Shown: one piece after another, positions 30,641 to 40,116 of the stretch
Position numbering within the stretch: position 1 is the first letter of the stretch
Layout of the letters: every line of letters begins with the position of its first letter
Source of the DNA: Gemmatimonadaceae bacterium
GTDB taxonomy: Bacteria; Gemmatimonadota; Gemmatimonadetes; Gemmatimonadales; Gemmatimonadaceae
Assembly: GCA_051859245.1 (NCBI GenBank)
Contig: JBHYGA010000001.1
Location: 480,001-544,000 of the forward strand
DNA: 64,000 nucleotides
Direction: 5' to 3'
Notes under the pieces: generated by a model
Told to the model about the DNA's origin: nothing
What the model saw: only the letters and a program-made list of their open reading frames with translations
Database searches by the model: none
Translations under genes and position numbers: made by a program

Positions 30641-31828
30641 CTACTTCGCCGCTCGGATCAGCCGTTCCTGAACCGCGCGCAGCGGAAGCGTCGGCCCGCC
30701 ACTGATGTTCCACGCGTTGAAGACCACCACCATCTCCTGATCGGGAAACGCCATTGGGAACTGCCCGCCGAATCCGGACCCGGCCCAGATAAACGCGTCA
30801 GGCTGCACTGGATTGTTGTACAGCCACCACTTGTACCCGTACTTCGGCGCGCCGACGCGAGTGCTCGTCGCGATGTGTGGTGTCACAGATTCGCGCACCC
30901 AGCCTTCCGACACGACGGTCTTCCCATCCCACCGGCCGTCCTGCAGCCACAGTTGCCAGATGCGCGCCAGGTCGGTCGCTTCGAGATACAAGCCACCCTC
31001 GGTGTCGATGGCGCCCGAGGTTGTGCGCTTCCAATGCCAGTTGGTGATGCCGAGTGGCGTGAAGAGATGGCGCGCCGCGTACTCCTCAATGTCGACGCCA
31101 GTTGCGCGGAAGAAGATGTGCGCGAGCAACGCGCTCTCACCGCTGCTGTAGTTGAACTGTGTTCCCGGCTCACGCATCATCGGCCGGTCGATGGTGAACT
31201 TGACCCAGTCCGGGCTGGCCTCGAGCGCGCCCGCCGTATTGCGCGGATCGCTATACGGAATGCTTTCGTTCCAGTCGAATCCGCCCGTCATCGTGAGCAA
31301 GTGGCGGATGGTGATGCGCCGCTTGCGGTCGTCGAGGTTCGCGACTGCGGTGGTATCCCAGTATGTGAGAATGGGCGTGTCGAGTGCGGGGAACTCACCG
31401 CGGGTGACCGCCACCCCGATGACCGCGGATGCCACGGTCTTGGAGACGGACTGCAGCGTGTGCAGCGTGCCACGACGATACGTCGGGTGCCACCACGGGT
31501 TGAAATAGTTGAACGGCCCGGTCGGGTCGTGCGAGTTGTTCAGCGACGAGCTGGCGCGCGACGAGTCGCCGTAGATTTTGTCATAGTCGCGCGGATACCA
31601 CTTGTCCATCACAATCCGACCGCGACGAATGATCAGCATGCGGTCGATGTTGCCGTATTTCCCCGCCGTGATCTCGGCGTCGAGGCTGTCGAGCACGGCG
31701 GGGTTGAGACCGACCGCCGACGGGGTCGACGTTGGCCACGTGAATGACCTTGGCTGGGCGCCGAGCGACGAGGCCGCGAGCCACGTAAGTGCGACTGCGC
31801 AGGAGAAAAGTAGACGAGTCATGGCCAT
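30641..31828 (-). CDS. Serine hydrolase, beta-lactamase (class C-like) family
   Basis: SVSK (SxxK), HLLTMTGG, FNYSS, GSGFGGQ. Confidence 0.9.
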   Translation of the reverse strand: MAMTRLLFSCAVALTWLAASSLGAQPRSFTWPTSTPSAVGLNPAVLDSLDAEITAGKYGNIDRMLIIRRGRIVMDKWYPRDYDKIYGDSSRASSSLNNSHDPTGPFNYFNPWWHPTYRRGTLHTLQSVSKTVASAVIGVAVTRGEFPALDTPILTYWDTTAVANLDDRKRRITIRHLLTMTGGFDWNESIPYSDPRNTAGALEASPDWVKFTIDRPMMREPGTQFNYSSGESALLAHIFFRATGVDIEEYAARHLFTPLGITNWHWKRTTSGAIDTEGGLYLEATDLARIWQLWLQDGRWDGKTVVSEGWVRESVTPHIATSTRVGAPKYGYKWWLYNNPVQPDAFIWAGSGFGGQFPMAFPDQEMVVVFNAWNISGGPTLPLRAVQERLIRAAK

Positions 31829-31911
31829 ATGCTACGCGTCCGTGGCAGATGGCGGAACTCGAACGGATCACCGTGTGAAGAGAGGATCGTGAACCGAGTG
31901 GTCGCCATCCC

Positions 31912-32361
31912 TTACGGCTCCGCCGGGTAGAACCACGCGCGCTGCACCCGCCCGGCGCGCACCTCGTACACGACAACGCTCGACTGCCCGCCAACCCCAG
32001 CCGTGGGCGTACTCCAGCGCGTCCGCTCGTGCGTGGTGACCCACGGTCCGAGGGCGCGCACATCCAGGAGCTCCGACTGGGCGGTGGGTACCTCACGAAA
32101 GTAACCGGCCAGCAGGCGCCGAAAGGCGTCGACACCGCGTCCGCCGAGCGTGGTGGAGTCTCCCGCGACGTTCAACCAAACCATTCCAGGTGCAACGTGC
32201 GCCATCATCGCGTCGAGGTCCTTGGCGTTGAACGCCGCCACGTACGCGCGCACCACAGCGGTCGGGCTGGTGTCTCTTGGCGAGACCGAAGCAACGGCCT
32301 GGGCGGGCGCGTCCGTCGCGCCCAGCAGCAGCATCATGAGAAGCGTTGTGGCTCGGATCAT
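31912..32361 (-). CDS. SnoaL/NTF2-like secreted protein
   Basis: Signal peptide; YVAAFNAKDLDAM; VVYEV..GRVQRAWFY. Confidence 0.8.
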   Translation of the reverse strand: MIRATTLLMMLLLGATDAPAQAVASVSPRDTSPTAVVRAYVAAFNAKDLDAMMAHVAPGMVWLNVAGDSTTLGGRGVDAFRRLLAGYFREVPTAQSELLDVRALGPWVTTHERTRWSTPTAGVGGQSSVVVYEVRAGRVQRAWFYPAEP

Positions 32362-32362
32362 C

Positions 32363-32680
32363 CTAGAGACGCCCCGAGCGCATGGCTTCTTGAACCCAGG
32401 TGGCGTACTCCGCCTGCATGCATGTGCCACACGGTCGGTAGCCGGCCGCGATGGCGGTCGCCTCGTCCGCGAAGAAGACCCGATGCTTCGCGTATCCCGT
32501 AGGCAGCGAGCCGACCGCGCTCCGGCAGTCGAGGCGCCCATAAATTTTCCGCCGGCGGTTCCCGCCAAGAGTACCTGGTACTGCACTCAGCACTTCCTGT
32601 CCGTCTGGGCCGATCAGTTTGAATTGTTTTGCGGTCATGGCGGAAAGATGAGACAGTGCTCGTGAGATGTCGAACGACAA
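32363..32680 (-). CDS. Ada metal-binding domain protein
   Basis: IYGRLDC..RVFFADE..AAGYRPCGTC. Confidence 0.85.
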   Translation of the reverse strand: MSFDISRALSHLSAMTAKQFKLIGPDGQEVLSAVPGTLGGNRRRKIYGRLDCRSAVGSLPTGYAKHRVFFADEATAIAAGYRPCGTCMQAEYATWVQEAMRSGRL

Positions 32681-32793
32681 GTAGCAGCTGCAGTCTCATC
32701 CTGCCAGGAGAGCGCAGCGTGCGTTACGAACCTCGTCGCCTCCGTAGCTCATTGCTCCGCGGTTAAGACTCGTGTCGGCGACCTGAATACGGC

Positions 32794-34254
32794 GTGGCTT
32801 TGTCTGCAGGATATTGTTCATTGGTGATCACGTTCTCTCCCGCGCCAGCCGACGCCGAATACCCCACCCGCTTCCCGTCGCCATTCGACCGCGGTGCACT
32901 GCACCCACTCGCGCGGCGCGCGGCCATGGAACTCGTCGACATGCTGCAGTCGCCGCACGCGAACTCGTGGCGACTGAACGAACCAGGTAACGGCAAGATG
33001 TTCGGCGTGCTTGTCGTCGCCGCACCCGACGGAACCGTCGGTTACCTGCGCGGCTTCTCCGGCATGGTGAACGGACAGTGGGAGATCGAGGGCTGGACGC
33101 CTCCCGCCTTCGATCGCACGATGCGCGACCTCGCGTGGATTCCAGGTGAAGCAGAAATGCTGGACTTCTCGGCGCGACGCGCAACGCTGCTCGCGAGTTT
33201 GCCCGAAAACGCGGATACGCCAGAGGCGCGACGAGTGACCGCTGCCGTACGCGCACTCGATGAAGCGCGCACCGCGCGTTCTCGCACGCTGATGGGACAG
33301 ATCCAGGACAGCTACCACTTCTCGAATGCGCGCGGTGAGGAGCGTTCGCTGCGGGCGATCTTCGCGCCCGCCGAACCACCTGCAGGAGCGGGTGATTGCG
33401 CAGCGCCGAAATTGCTGGCGCACGCGTATCGGCTTGCGCTCCGTCCGCTCGCACTCGCGGAATTCTGGTGGGGCGCTCCGTCGCCAACGGGTGATCGCCG
33501 CGCGGGCGTATTCTACGCCGCATGTCGCGGTAAGTGTCATCCTATTCTCACGCACATGCTTGGTGGACTTGAAGCAGATCCCGCACCGCTCTACGGGTCC
33601 GCCGCGGTCGATGCTGCCGAGCCGGTCGCAGTTTACGAAGACGAACACCTGCTGGTGGTGAACAAACCAAGTGGGCTGCTTACGGTGCCGGGCCGCAGCG
33701 CCTCGTTGCAGGATTGCGTCGTGACGCGACTCCGCGCGCGCTATCCTGACGCGACCGGTCCGATGGTGGTGCATCGTCTCGATCTCGATACGTCGGGATT
33801 GCTCCTCGTCGCGAAAACCCTCACGATTGCATCGGCACTGCAACGTCTTTTCTCACTGCGCCTGATCGACAAACAATACGTGGCATGGCTGGATGGTGAC
33901 GTCACGGGTGATCACGGCCACATCACGTTGCCGCTGCGAATCGATGTGGACGACCGGCCGCGAAACATTCACGATCCGATCTTCGGCAAGCCCGCAGATA
34001 CCGAATGGCGTGTGCTCGCGCGCGAACATGGATGTACGCGAGTGCAGTTCACACCGCACACCGGTCGCACGCACCAGTTGCGTGTGCACTCGGCACACCC
34101 TCAGGGGCTCGACGCGCCCATTGTCGGCGATCGGCTCTACGGGCGAACGGCACCACATGACGACGAACGCCTGTTGCTGCACGCCGAACGGCTGGCATTC
34201 GAACATCCGGTGTCCGGCGCGTCAGTGGTTGTCGAGCAGCCGGCACCGTTCTGA
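32794..34254 (+). CDS. RluA-family pseudouridine synthase (long form)
   Basis: GKMFGVLV, GDCAAPKLL, NKPSGL, HRLDLDTSG, TGRTHQLRVH. Confidence 0.92.
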   Translation: MALSAGYCSLVITFSPAPADAEYPTRFPSPFDRGALHPLARRAAMELVDMLQSPHANSWRLNEPGNGKMFGVLVVAAPDGTVGYLRGFSGMVNGQWEIEGWTPPAFDRTMRDLAWIPGEAEMLDFSARRATLLASLPENADTPEARRVTAAVRALDEARTARSRTLMGQIQDSYHFSNARGEERSLRAIFAPAEPPAGAGDCAAPKLLAHAYRLALRPLALAEFWWGAPSPTGDRRAGVFYAACRGKCHPILTHMLGGLEADPAPLYGSAAVDAAEPVAVYEDEHLLVVNKPSGLLTVPGRSASLQDCVVTRLRARYPDATGPMVVHRLDLDTSGLLLVAKTLTIASALQRLFSLRLIDKQYVAWLDGDVTGDHGHITLPLRIDVDDRPRNIHDPIFGKPADTEWRVLAREHGCTRVQFTPHTGRTHQLRVHSAHPQGLDAPIVGDRLYGRTAPHDDERLLLHAERLAFEHPVSGASVVVEQPAPF

Positions 34255-34271
34255 ATGCGATAGATTCCGAC

Positions 34272-35177
34272 ATGCTCGACTCCCCGCTTTCCGATGCACT
34301 ACGCGCAGCCGAATCTGTGTTGAGCACTTCCCAGTGGGAGGCACGCGCCGCTGCACATTTCGAGCGCGTGCAGCGGTGGACGCAACCGAATAGAGAGAGG
34401 CGATCACGTCGGGAGGTGCATCCCGTCTACGACTTTCTGTTTCAGTATTACAGCTATTCGGGTGGGAAGCTGGAGTCGTGGCATCCGGCACAGCACGAGA
34501 TGCTTGTCGATAGCGCGGAAGCGCGGGCGCGATTCAAGGGACCGGAGTATCATGTGACCGACGGCGTGATCCGTCGGAACACAAGCGCCCTTTCGTCTGC
34601 GGAGCGTGCGACGCTCGACGACGTGCTGCACTTACTGCGTGCGACACGAGATCGACCCGCGAACTTTGGATGCTTTGGCATGCACGAGTGGGCAATGGTG
34701 TATGGCGGTCACGACGTGCGGCATGCTGCGATCGCACCGCTCCGTCTACCGCAGCAACAGGTGGACGCGTTTGTGGAGAGTCGTCCTGTCGCGTGCAGTC
34801 ACTTCGACGCCTTCCGGTTTTTCGCGCCCGCCGCGAAGCCGATGAATCGCGTTGCGCTGTCGTGGTCAACGCGACATGACGTCGAGCAGCCAGGCTGCAT
34901 CCATGCCAACATGGACCTGTATCGCTGGGCGTACACGTCGATGCCGTGGATCGGGAGCGATCTGCTGTGGGATTGTTTTGCACTCGCGGTGGAACTGCGG
35001 GTGCTCGACATGCAGGCCGGTCCGTATGACCTTCGCTCCATCGGCTTCGCCCCAGTGTGTGTGGAGACGCCCGCAGGGAGAGACGAATACCAGCGACGTC
35101 AGCGGAGCCTGAGTGAACGTGCGAGCGTATTGCGGGCGCGGTTGATCGATGCGGTGGGGGGCATTCTCTCTGGTTGA
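34272..35177 (+). CDS. Conserved protein (family often annotated '3-methyladenine DNA glycosylase'; function unverified)
   Basis: HPVYDFLFQYY, CFGMHEWAMVY, CSHFDAFRFF, QPGCIHANMDLY. Confidence 0.7.
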   Translation: MLDSPLSDALRAAESVLSTSQWEARAAAHFERVQRWTQPNRERRSRREVHPVYDFLFQYYSYSGGKLESWHPAQHEMLVDSAEARARFKGPEYHVTDGVIRRNTSALSSAERATLDDVLHLLRATRDRPANFGCFGMHEWAMVYGGHDVRHAAIAPLRLPQQQVDAFVESRPVACSHFDAFRFFAPAAKPMNRVALSWSTRHDVEQPGCIHANMDLYRWAYTSMPWIGSDLLWDCFALAVELRVLDMQAGPYDLRSIGFAPVCVETPAGRDEYQRRQRSLSERASVLRARLIDAVGGILSG

Positions 35178-35203
35178 CCGAACAGGCCACCGCGAACGTC
35201 GCA

Positions 35204-35776
35204 TTACTCAAATTGATCCGAATACACGACGACCGTATTTGCCACTCTATCGTGCAGTGTGCGGCGTGCCACGTCGCGCCATGCTGACAACCACGTGGCA
35301 AGTATCACGACCCACATAAGTATTCCGCATCCAATGGCCACAGCGGACCCCAGTGAGGTGGTCTGGCTATAGAAGAGTGCGATGTGATTCAGTTCGAATG
35401 GAAGCAACTTGATGGCATTACGCCCGAGCGCTCGCGGCCAGTTGAGTGGATCCGCACTGCGCGATACCACACGCAATCCCAGCCATGCGGCAGCAGGCGA
35501 CGCACCGCGAGGCCGTCTGTCGCACCACGCGAAGTAGACGCAGAGGGGCAGTGTCACCGTACTAAAGACCCACACGTGCAGCACCGTGGGCGTGGCATTG
35601 CTGCGCGCTGGATTGACGACGTAGAACAGTGCCTGCGTCGCTGCAATCGCCAGATAGGCCAGGGCCGAGTCGAGAACAAAGGCTGAGAGGCGACGGCGCA
35701 GTGATGCCGGTACGCCTGAGGAGTGTGAAGTCATGCGGTCATGATGGCGCGTGCCCGTTCGCATGCCAACCAGCAA
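35204..35776 (-). CDS. RDD family membrane protein
   Basis: RRLSAFVLD..GLRVV..RNAIK..LHDRVANTVVV. Confidence 0.85.
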   Translation of the reverse strand: MLVGMRTGTRHHDRMTSHSSGVPASLRRRLSAFVLDSALAYLAIAATQALFYVVNPARSNATPTVLHVWVFSTVTLPLCVYFAWCDRRPRGASPAAAWLGLRVVSRSADPLNWPRALGRNAIKLLPFELNHIALFYSQTTSLGSAVAIGCGILMWVVILATWLSAWRDVARRTLHDRVANTVVVYSDQFE

Positions 35777-35779
35777 CTA

Positions 35780-35808
35780 AGTGAAGCGTCATCTCGCTGC
35801 GGTGAACT
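35780..35808 (-). promoter_or_regulatory. Putative LytTR-type direct-repeat site
   Basis: GTGAA repeated at 21-bp period (35781, 35802) between the LytTR gene and the RDD gene. Confidence 0.4.
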
Positions 35809-35819
35809 GCAGTGACGAG

Positions 35820-36605
35820 CTAGAGAGTTTGCTCGCGGATACGCTTGGAGTGGGAACGGCTCGCCAGCACGGTGCTACCATCTCGCAGTTGTACCTGAAA
35901 TCGACTTCCGTCGTACGGGATGAACTGTTGAATGTGGCGCTGGTTCACGACATGCGAGCGGTGCACTCGAAGAAACATCCCTTCCGGCAGTCGCCGCTCA
36001 ATCTCGAACAGCGGCATGTGCACGAGAAATCGGCGCCCCTGCGCGTGAATAGCCACATAGATGTCATCGGCCTCAAGACGTACAATGTCCTGAATGCGAA
36101 GCGCGACAATGCGCGCGCCGTCACGCACAAACACGGTGTGTAGTGGCTCCGCCTGCAACACGGCGCGCACTCTGTCACGCGTTGATTCGCCGTCATCATC
36201 ACCGCGTCGTCGGAGGAACACTTGCTCGCGGGCGCGCTCGACAGCTTGGTGTATCCGTGACGAATCAAATGGCTTCAGCACGTAGTCGATTGCAGCGAGC
36301 TCAAACGCATGCGTTGCATGCTCCCCATGCGCTGTAACGAAGACCACGGCCGGCGGATGCGCGCAACGCGTCAGTACCTCCATACCCGAGTAGCCTGGCA
36401 ACTGGATGTCCAGGAGGACCACATCGACATCATGGAACGCAAGCATTGCTGATGCCGACGGACCGTCCGCTGCCGAGCCGACGACCACGACGTTCGACAT
36501 GCGAGCGAGCTCGTCGAGCAACGCACGCCGCGCCAGTGGTTCGTCTTCGACCACGAGCACGCGAATTGGTGTCGTGTGTTGGTGATCGCGATCGGCCGCA
36601 GTCAC
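35820..36605 (-). CDS. LytTR-family response regulator
   Basis: VVEDE, LLDIQLP, FVTAH, DYVLKP, FLRVHRSHVVN. Confidence 0.93.
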   Translation of the reverse strand: MTAADRDHQHTTPIRVLVVEDEPLARRALLDELARMSNVVVVGSAADGPSASAMLAFHDVDVVLLDIQLPGYSGMEVLTRCAHPPAVVFVTAHGEHATHAFELAAIDYVLKPFDSSRIHQAVERAREQVFLRRRGDDDGESTRDRVRAVLQAEPLHTVFVRDGARIVALRIQDIVRLEADDIYVAIHAQGRRFLVHMPLFEIERRLPEGMFLRVHRSHVVNQRHIQQFIPYDGSRFQVQLRDGSTVLASRSHSKRIREQTL

Positions 36606-37726
36606 GATTCGCTCGAGTGCGCAGGCATTCGGAGCACGACGTGATACCCACCGTCGTTCCCGCTCGCAATCTGCATGCTTGCGTTCGTGCCGTACGCGCT
36701 TTGCAGGCGCTCCAACACGGCACGCTGACCAATGCCGATTCCGTTACCGAATCCGTTTGCTGAATGCGACGTCACGCCGATACCGTCATCGCGCACATCG
36801 ATGCGGAGCTGTCGATCGCGGACCACCGCCAGTATCTGCAGCGTGCTGGCGCCGAGTTTTGGAAAGATCCCATGGCGAACGGCGTTCTCCACCAGTGGTT
36901 GCAATGTGAGCGCGGGCAGCAGGCACTCACGCGCCTCCTCCGAGAGCGCAACGCGCACACTCAATCGATCCTGCATGCGCAGTTGCTCGATGTCGAGATA
37001 GTCGCGAACGAGTTGCCATTCTTCAGCGACCGTGACCAGATGATCGGCACGGCCGCCAAGCTCCAGCACGCGACGAAGCAATGTCCCGGTGCGAACCAGC
37101 ATCGCCCGCGCCGTGGCTGGATCGCGCTCCACCACCGCCGCAATGCTGTTGAGCGCATTGAACAGGAAGTGTGGATTCAAATGTGACCGAATCGTGCGCA
37201 ACTCCGCTTGTGCACGAAGCGCGTCTGCCCGGTGTGCTTCACCTACCGCCGTGCGCAGTGCCAAATCCTGTTCCCGTGCGCGACGCATGGACTGCACCAT
37301 GGTCATCGCGACCAGAGCGAGCGAAAAGAGCCAAAGTCCACCGAAGGCGTCCCATGCCACCGCGTCGACGACGGTATCGGTCTCGACCCCTGCGACCCGC
37401 AAGCCCAGTCCCCACACGGCCGCATGCGCGGTGGCGAGGAGCAGCACCGCGAGCGCGGCGCCCAGACGATGCCGCCAGCGTGCGAGGTGTTCCGACTGGA
37501 TACGTCTCGCCATCGGCCACAGCAACAGTGCCAGCGTTGCGGATAGCGCACAGTTTGCTGCGGCATACCATGCAGCCGCCGAGAGCGAACCTCCGGGGCC
37601 TGCGGCGAACCCGATGAAGTACATGGCGGTCACGGGAAGCCAAGCCGCCAGGTAGCTGAGCAGCCACAGTGTCCTCGTGACGCGTGAATGCGTGTCGATA
37701 GCCGAAGGCACCCCGGTCGTTTTCAT
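36602..37726 (-). CDS. LytS-type sensor histidine kinase
   Basis: LNPHFLFNALN, LQPLVENAVRHG, DDGIG. Confidence 0.93.
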   Translation of the reverse strand: MKTTGVPSAIDTHSRVTRTLWLLSYLAAWLPVTAMYFIGFAAGPGGSLSAAAWYAAANCALSATLALLLWPMARRIQSEHLARWRHRLGAALAVLLLATAHAAVWGLGLRVAGVETDTVVDAVAWDAFGGLWLFSLALVAMTMVQSMRRAREQDLALRTAVGEAHRADALRAQAELRTIRSHLNPHFLFNALNSIAAVVERDPATARAMLVRTGTLLRRVLELGGRADHLVTVAEEWQLVRDYLDIEQLRMQDRLSVRVALSEEARECLLPALTLQPLVENAVRHGIFPKLGASTLQILAVVRDRQLRIDVRDDGIGVTSHSANGFGNGIGIGQRAVLERLQSAYGTNASMQIASGNDGGYHVVLRMPAHSSES

Positions 37727-37859
37727 CGTGATCGAAGAGTAGCGTGGCGCTCACGTGCAGGCGCGCATCGCTGTGGCGAACGGGCATATGGATGAGGTGA
37801 GCCGTGAACCCATCGCGAACTCGAGACGGAGGATCAGCACTTCCGTACGTCCTCCCGGG

Positions 37860-38124
37860 ATTCCGCCCCGACTTGGGTCCAGTCTTCAGCTGACAATCGG
37901 GTGACTTCGACCGGAGCCGAAGAGGTGAGTCGAGCGGCGTACTCCGCCGACGTCAAGCCACCGAGGCTGCTGTGACTGTGTTCCGCGTGGTACTCGACGC
38001 GAAAGGCTTCGATCTTGACCTGCGCGTCCACCGGCGAGGTGAAGAAGTGCTCGTTCAGGCATTCGTCGCGCAGTCGACTGTTGAAGCTGTCGATGAACGC
38101 GTTGAAGTTGAGCTTGCCGGGCCG
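37860..38124 (-). mobile_element. IS3-family (IS407-like) transposase 3' remnant
   Basis: RPGK..NAFIDSFNSRLRDECLNEHFF..HSSLGGLT integrase-core C-terminus; 5' part absent. Confidence 0.8.
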
Positions 38125-38151
38125 ACTGGAGTCGAGTCATTGTGTAAGTCG

Positions 38152-38248
38152 ACCTAACGCCTACCGTTCAGCTGAAGCCGCATCAAATAGAAGCGCGCGA
38201 AGCGCGCCATCCATCGCGCGGCTGTCAGTCTGCAACGGCTTGTTAGGC
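38152..38248 (-). other. Integron attC site (97 bp)
   Basis: R'' GCCTAAC contains the stop codon of 38243-38812; R' GTTAGGT; paired arms. Confidence 0.88.
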
Positions 38249-38812
38249 CGATTTCGTAATTGGTATTTTGCCGACGAAGTAGAGACCTTCGCCGAGTGAG
38301 CCGAGGTCAGACAGCGACGCGGCCGAGGGTTGAAGGCATCCGACGTTGGCATCGAAATGGTAGAACGTGACATCTCGGATGATCGAGATTGAATGCATGC
38401 CCGACAGACCGCCAAAACGGCTTGAGTTAACAAATGCCATCAGCGCGGATTCCGAGTACCCGAGTAGGTCTTGCTCAATCTTCGCAGCATTGGTGGTGAC
38501 GTCGGCATAGGATGTATGGCTCACGGCTGCCCTCGCTCGCACAAAGATCGAGTGATTCGACGTTTCATGTAATGATTGAATGACTTTGTAGCCGCTCATG
38601 CCGGGCTGGCTATACCTCACGACGAAGTCGGCGAGATACGTAGCCTCGGCACATCGAGGATCAGGCGACAACCCGAAGTGCTCACAGTACGCGACAAAGT
38701 ACGAGAGGGGCGTCGCCCGCAGCCACGGCCATAGTGCCGAGGCGTAGCTCGCCAACACGCAGTAATTCCCCGATTGCACGTATGCCAAGCTTTCGAAATT
38801 TCGTCGGTCCAC
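38243..38812 (-). CDS. Cassette protein, putative papain-like (C39-like) Cys-His-Asp enzyme
   Basis: QSGNYC, HSISI, YHFDAN; AGGAGG RBS; bounded by attC boxes. Confidence 0.6.
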   Translation of the reverse strand: MDRRNFESLAYVQSGNYCVLASYASALWPWLRATPLSYFVAYCEHFGLSPDPRCAEATYLADFVVRYSQPGMSGYKVIQSLHETSNHSIFVRARAAVSHTSYADVTTNAAKIEQDLLGYSESALMAFVNSSRFGGLSGMHSISIIRDVTFYHFDANVGCLQPSAASLSDLGSLGEGLYFVGKIPITKSA

Positions 38813-38830
38813 ACTCCCTCCCTGTATTCG

Positions 38831-38922
38831 GCCTAACGCCAGCTGCTGCAGCGGGCGTTAAATGAAATGCGCGCGCAGCGCGCTACGGACAGTTCGCCCG
38901 ACTGCAGCAAGCATCGTTAGGT
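38831..38922 (-). other. Integron attC site (92 bp)
   Basis: R'' ACCTAAC contains the TIR stop codon; R' GTTAGGC; CTGCAG/CGGGCG arms pair. Confidence 0.9.
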
Positions 38923-39885
38923 GCCGTCTAGTGGAAATGCAGCTCTGACAAGTGCAGCGACCAGCTCGTCCGCCAACTCCGTCGAGCTGAATGGGCGCCC
39001 GCGTCCGTCCTCGTGCCAGACCCATCGATCACCCTTGGCAAGCCGAGAGCGGAAATCTCTATCTACAAGTCGAGTGACCTGATGGCTATCATAGCCACGC
39101 GCGCCAGGAAACCGCATGTATCCGCGGATGATTCGAGCATGAAGTCCAGACTTCTCGAGCGTGTTACTCCAGTTGAGCCGGAATCCAATTGAAAGAGCGT
39201 GATCGCGAATCTGCACGACGACGTGCTCACCGTCGGCGCCGGATACTACTCGCTCACCTGGAGCGTTCTGAGCAATCAGCGCGACTGACCGCTCAACGTG
39301 CTCGAACATGACGATTAGCTCGGACTTGAGCATTCGAACTCCGGCGTCGCTCGACTCAATGCTCGCCCGTCTCTCCTCATCCTGGTGTGTCCTCAACAAT
39401 CGCTCGGCGAGCTCCGCAGGCGTCTCTATGCGCTCCTGCACCCCAATCTCGCGCGTACGCGCAAGAACGACCGCCGCGAGGCCGTCGACACCGAAGTCAG
39501 CGACACTCGCGTAGATGCGGCTCTGTGGTAGCCATTTAGGCGGCTTCTCGCCGGCTACCAAAGAAGCGAGCAGAACCGTCTCCCACCCGCCCTCGAGCGC
39601 TCGGTCTTTAATCGCTGCTGCTTCAACTCTGGTCCAAGGAGTCTGCTCGTAGCCCTCGCGGAAGAGGATCACATTTAGAGCGGACTCACTTCTAAACGGA
39701 CTGCGAAAGGTTTCGAGGCCGTCCGTGCCGGCCACTTCTTCTTGACTACGCTCGTACATAAAGACCTTTAGACGTGGCGCCAGCGCTGCGTAGAGCGCAC
39801 GGGCTATATCAATGTCGCGAGCGAGAAATGAGATGGCTACGTGATACTTGAACTCTGGCATCTTTAGTTGGACGTCCGTGGACAC
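38917..39885 (-). CDS. Cassette TIR-domain protein
   Basis: YHVAISF..VFMYE..TPWTRVEAAAI (TIR with catalytic Glu); coiled region and unknown C-terminal domain. Confidence 0.8.
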   Translation of the reverse strand: MSTDVQLKMPEFKYHVAISFLARDIDIARALYAALAPRLKVFMYERSQEEVAGTDGLETFRSPFRSESALNVILFREGYEQTPWTRVEAAAIKDRALEGGWETVLLASLVAGEKPPKWLPQSRIYASVADFGVDGLAAVVLARTREIGVQERIETPAELAERLLRTHQDEERRASIESSDAGVRMLKSELIVMFEHVERSVALIAQNAPGERVVSGADGEHVVVQIRDHALSIGFRLNWSNTLEKSGLHARIIRGYMRFPGARGYDSHQVTRLVDRDFRSRLAKGDRWVWHEDGRGRPFSSTELADELVAALVRAAFPLDGT

Positions 39886-39976
39886 CTAACGCCCAGCTTC
39901 TGTTGCGAGCGGACGGCAAGAGGCTTCATGCGACGCAGATGGTCGGTCCGCTCGGCAACAGCAAGCACCGTTAGGC
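39884..39976 (-). other. Integron attC site (93 bp)
   Basis: R'' GCCTAAC, R' GTTAGGT; CTGTTGC/GAGCGGAC arms pair. Confidence 0.88.
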
Positions 39977-40082
39977 CGCGCCACGCAGATGTTGCGTCGA
40001 AACAGCCCGTCGCGCAACGAAACGGTGACGGTCACCGGCCGGGTCGGGCGTACGCTCGACGCTCCCCGGTCCCGAAGCGCGG

Positions 40083-40110
40083 TTGCCCCACGCGGCGCGC
40101 GCGCTAGAAT
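40083..40110 (+). promoter_or_regulatory. Putative sigma70 promoter (near-leaderless) of the Avs-like gene
   Basis: TTGCCC-N16-TAGAAT, 6 nt before ATG 40117. Confidence 0.5.
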
Positions 40111-40116
40111 TTCATC

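Noticed and set aside
38917..39885. Thoeris or CBASS system
   Set aside because: No ThsA (SIR2/Macro) or CD-NTase partner in the window.
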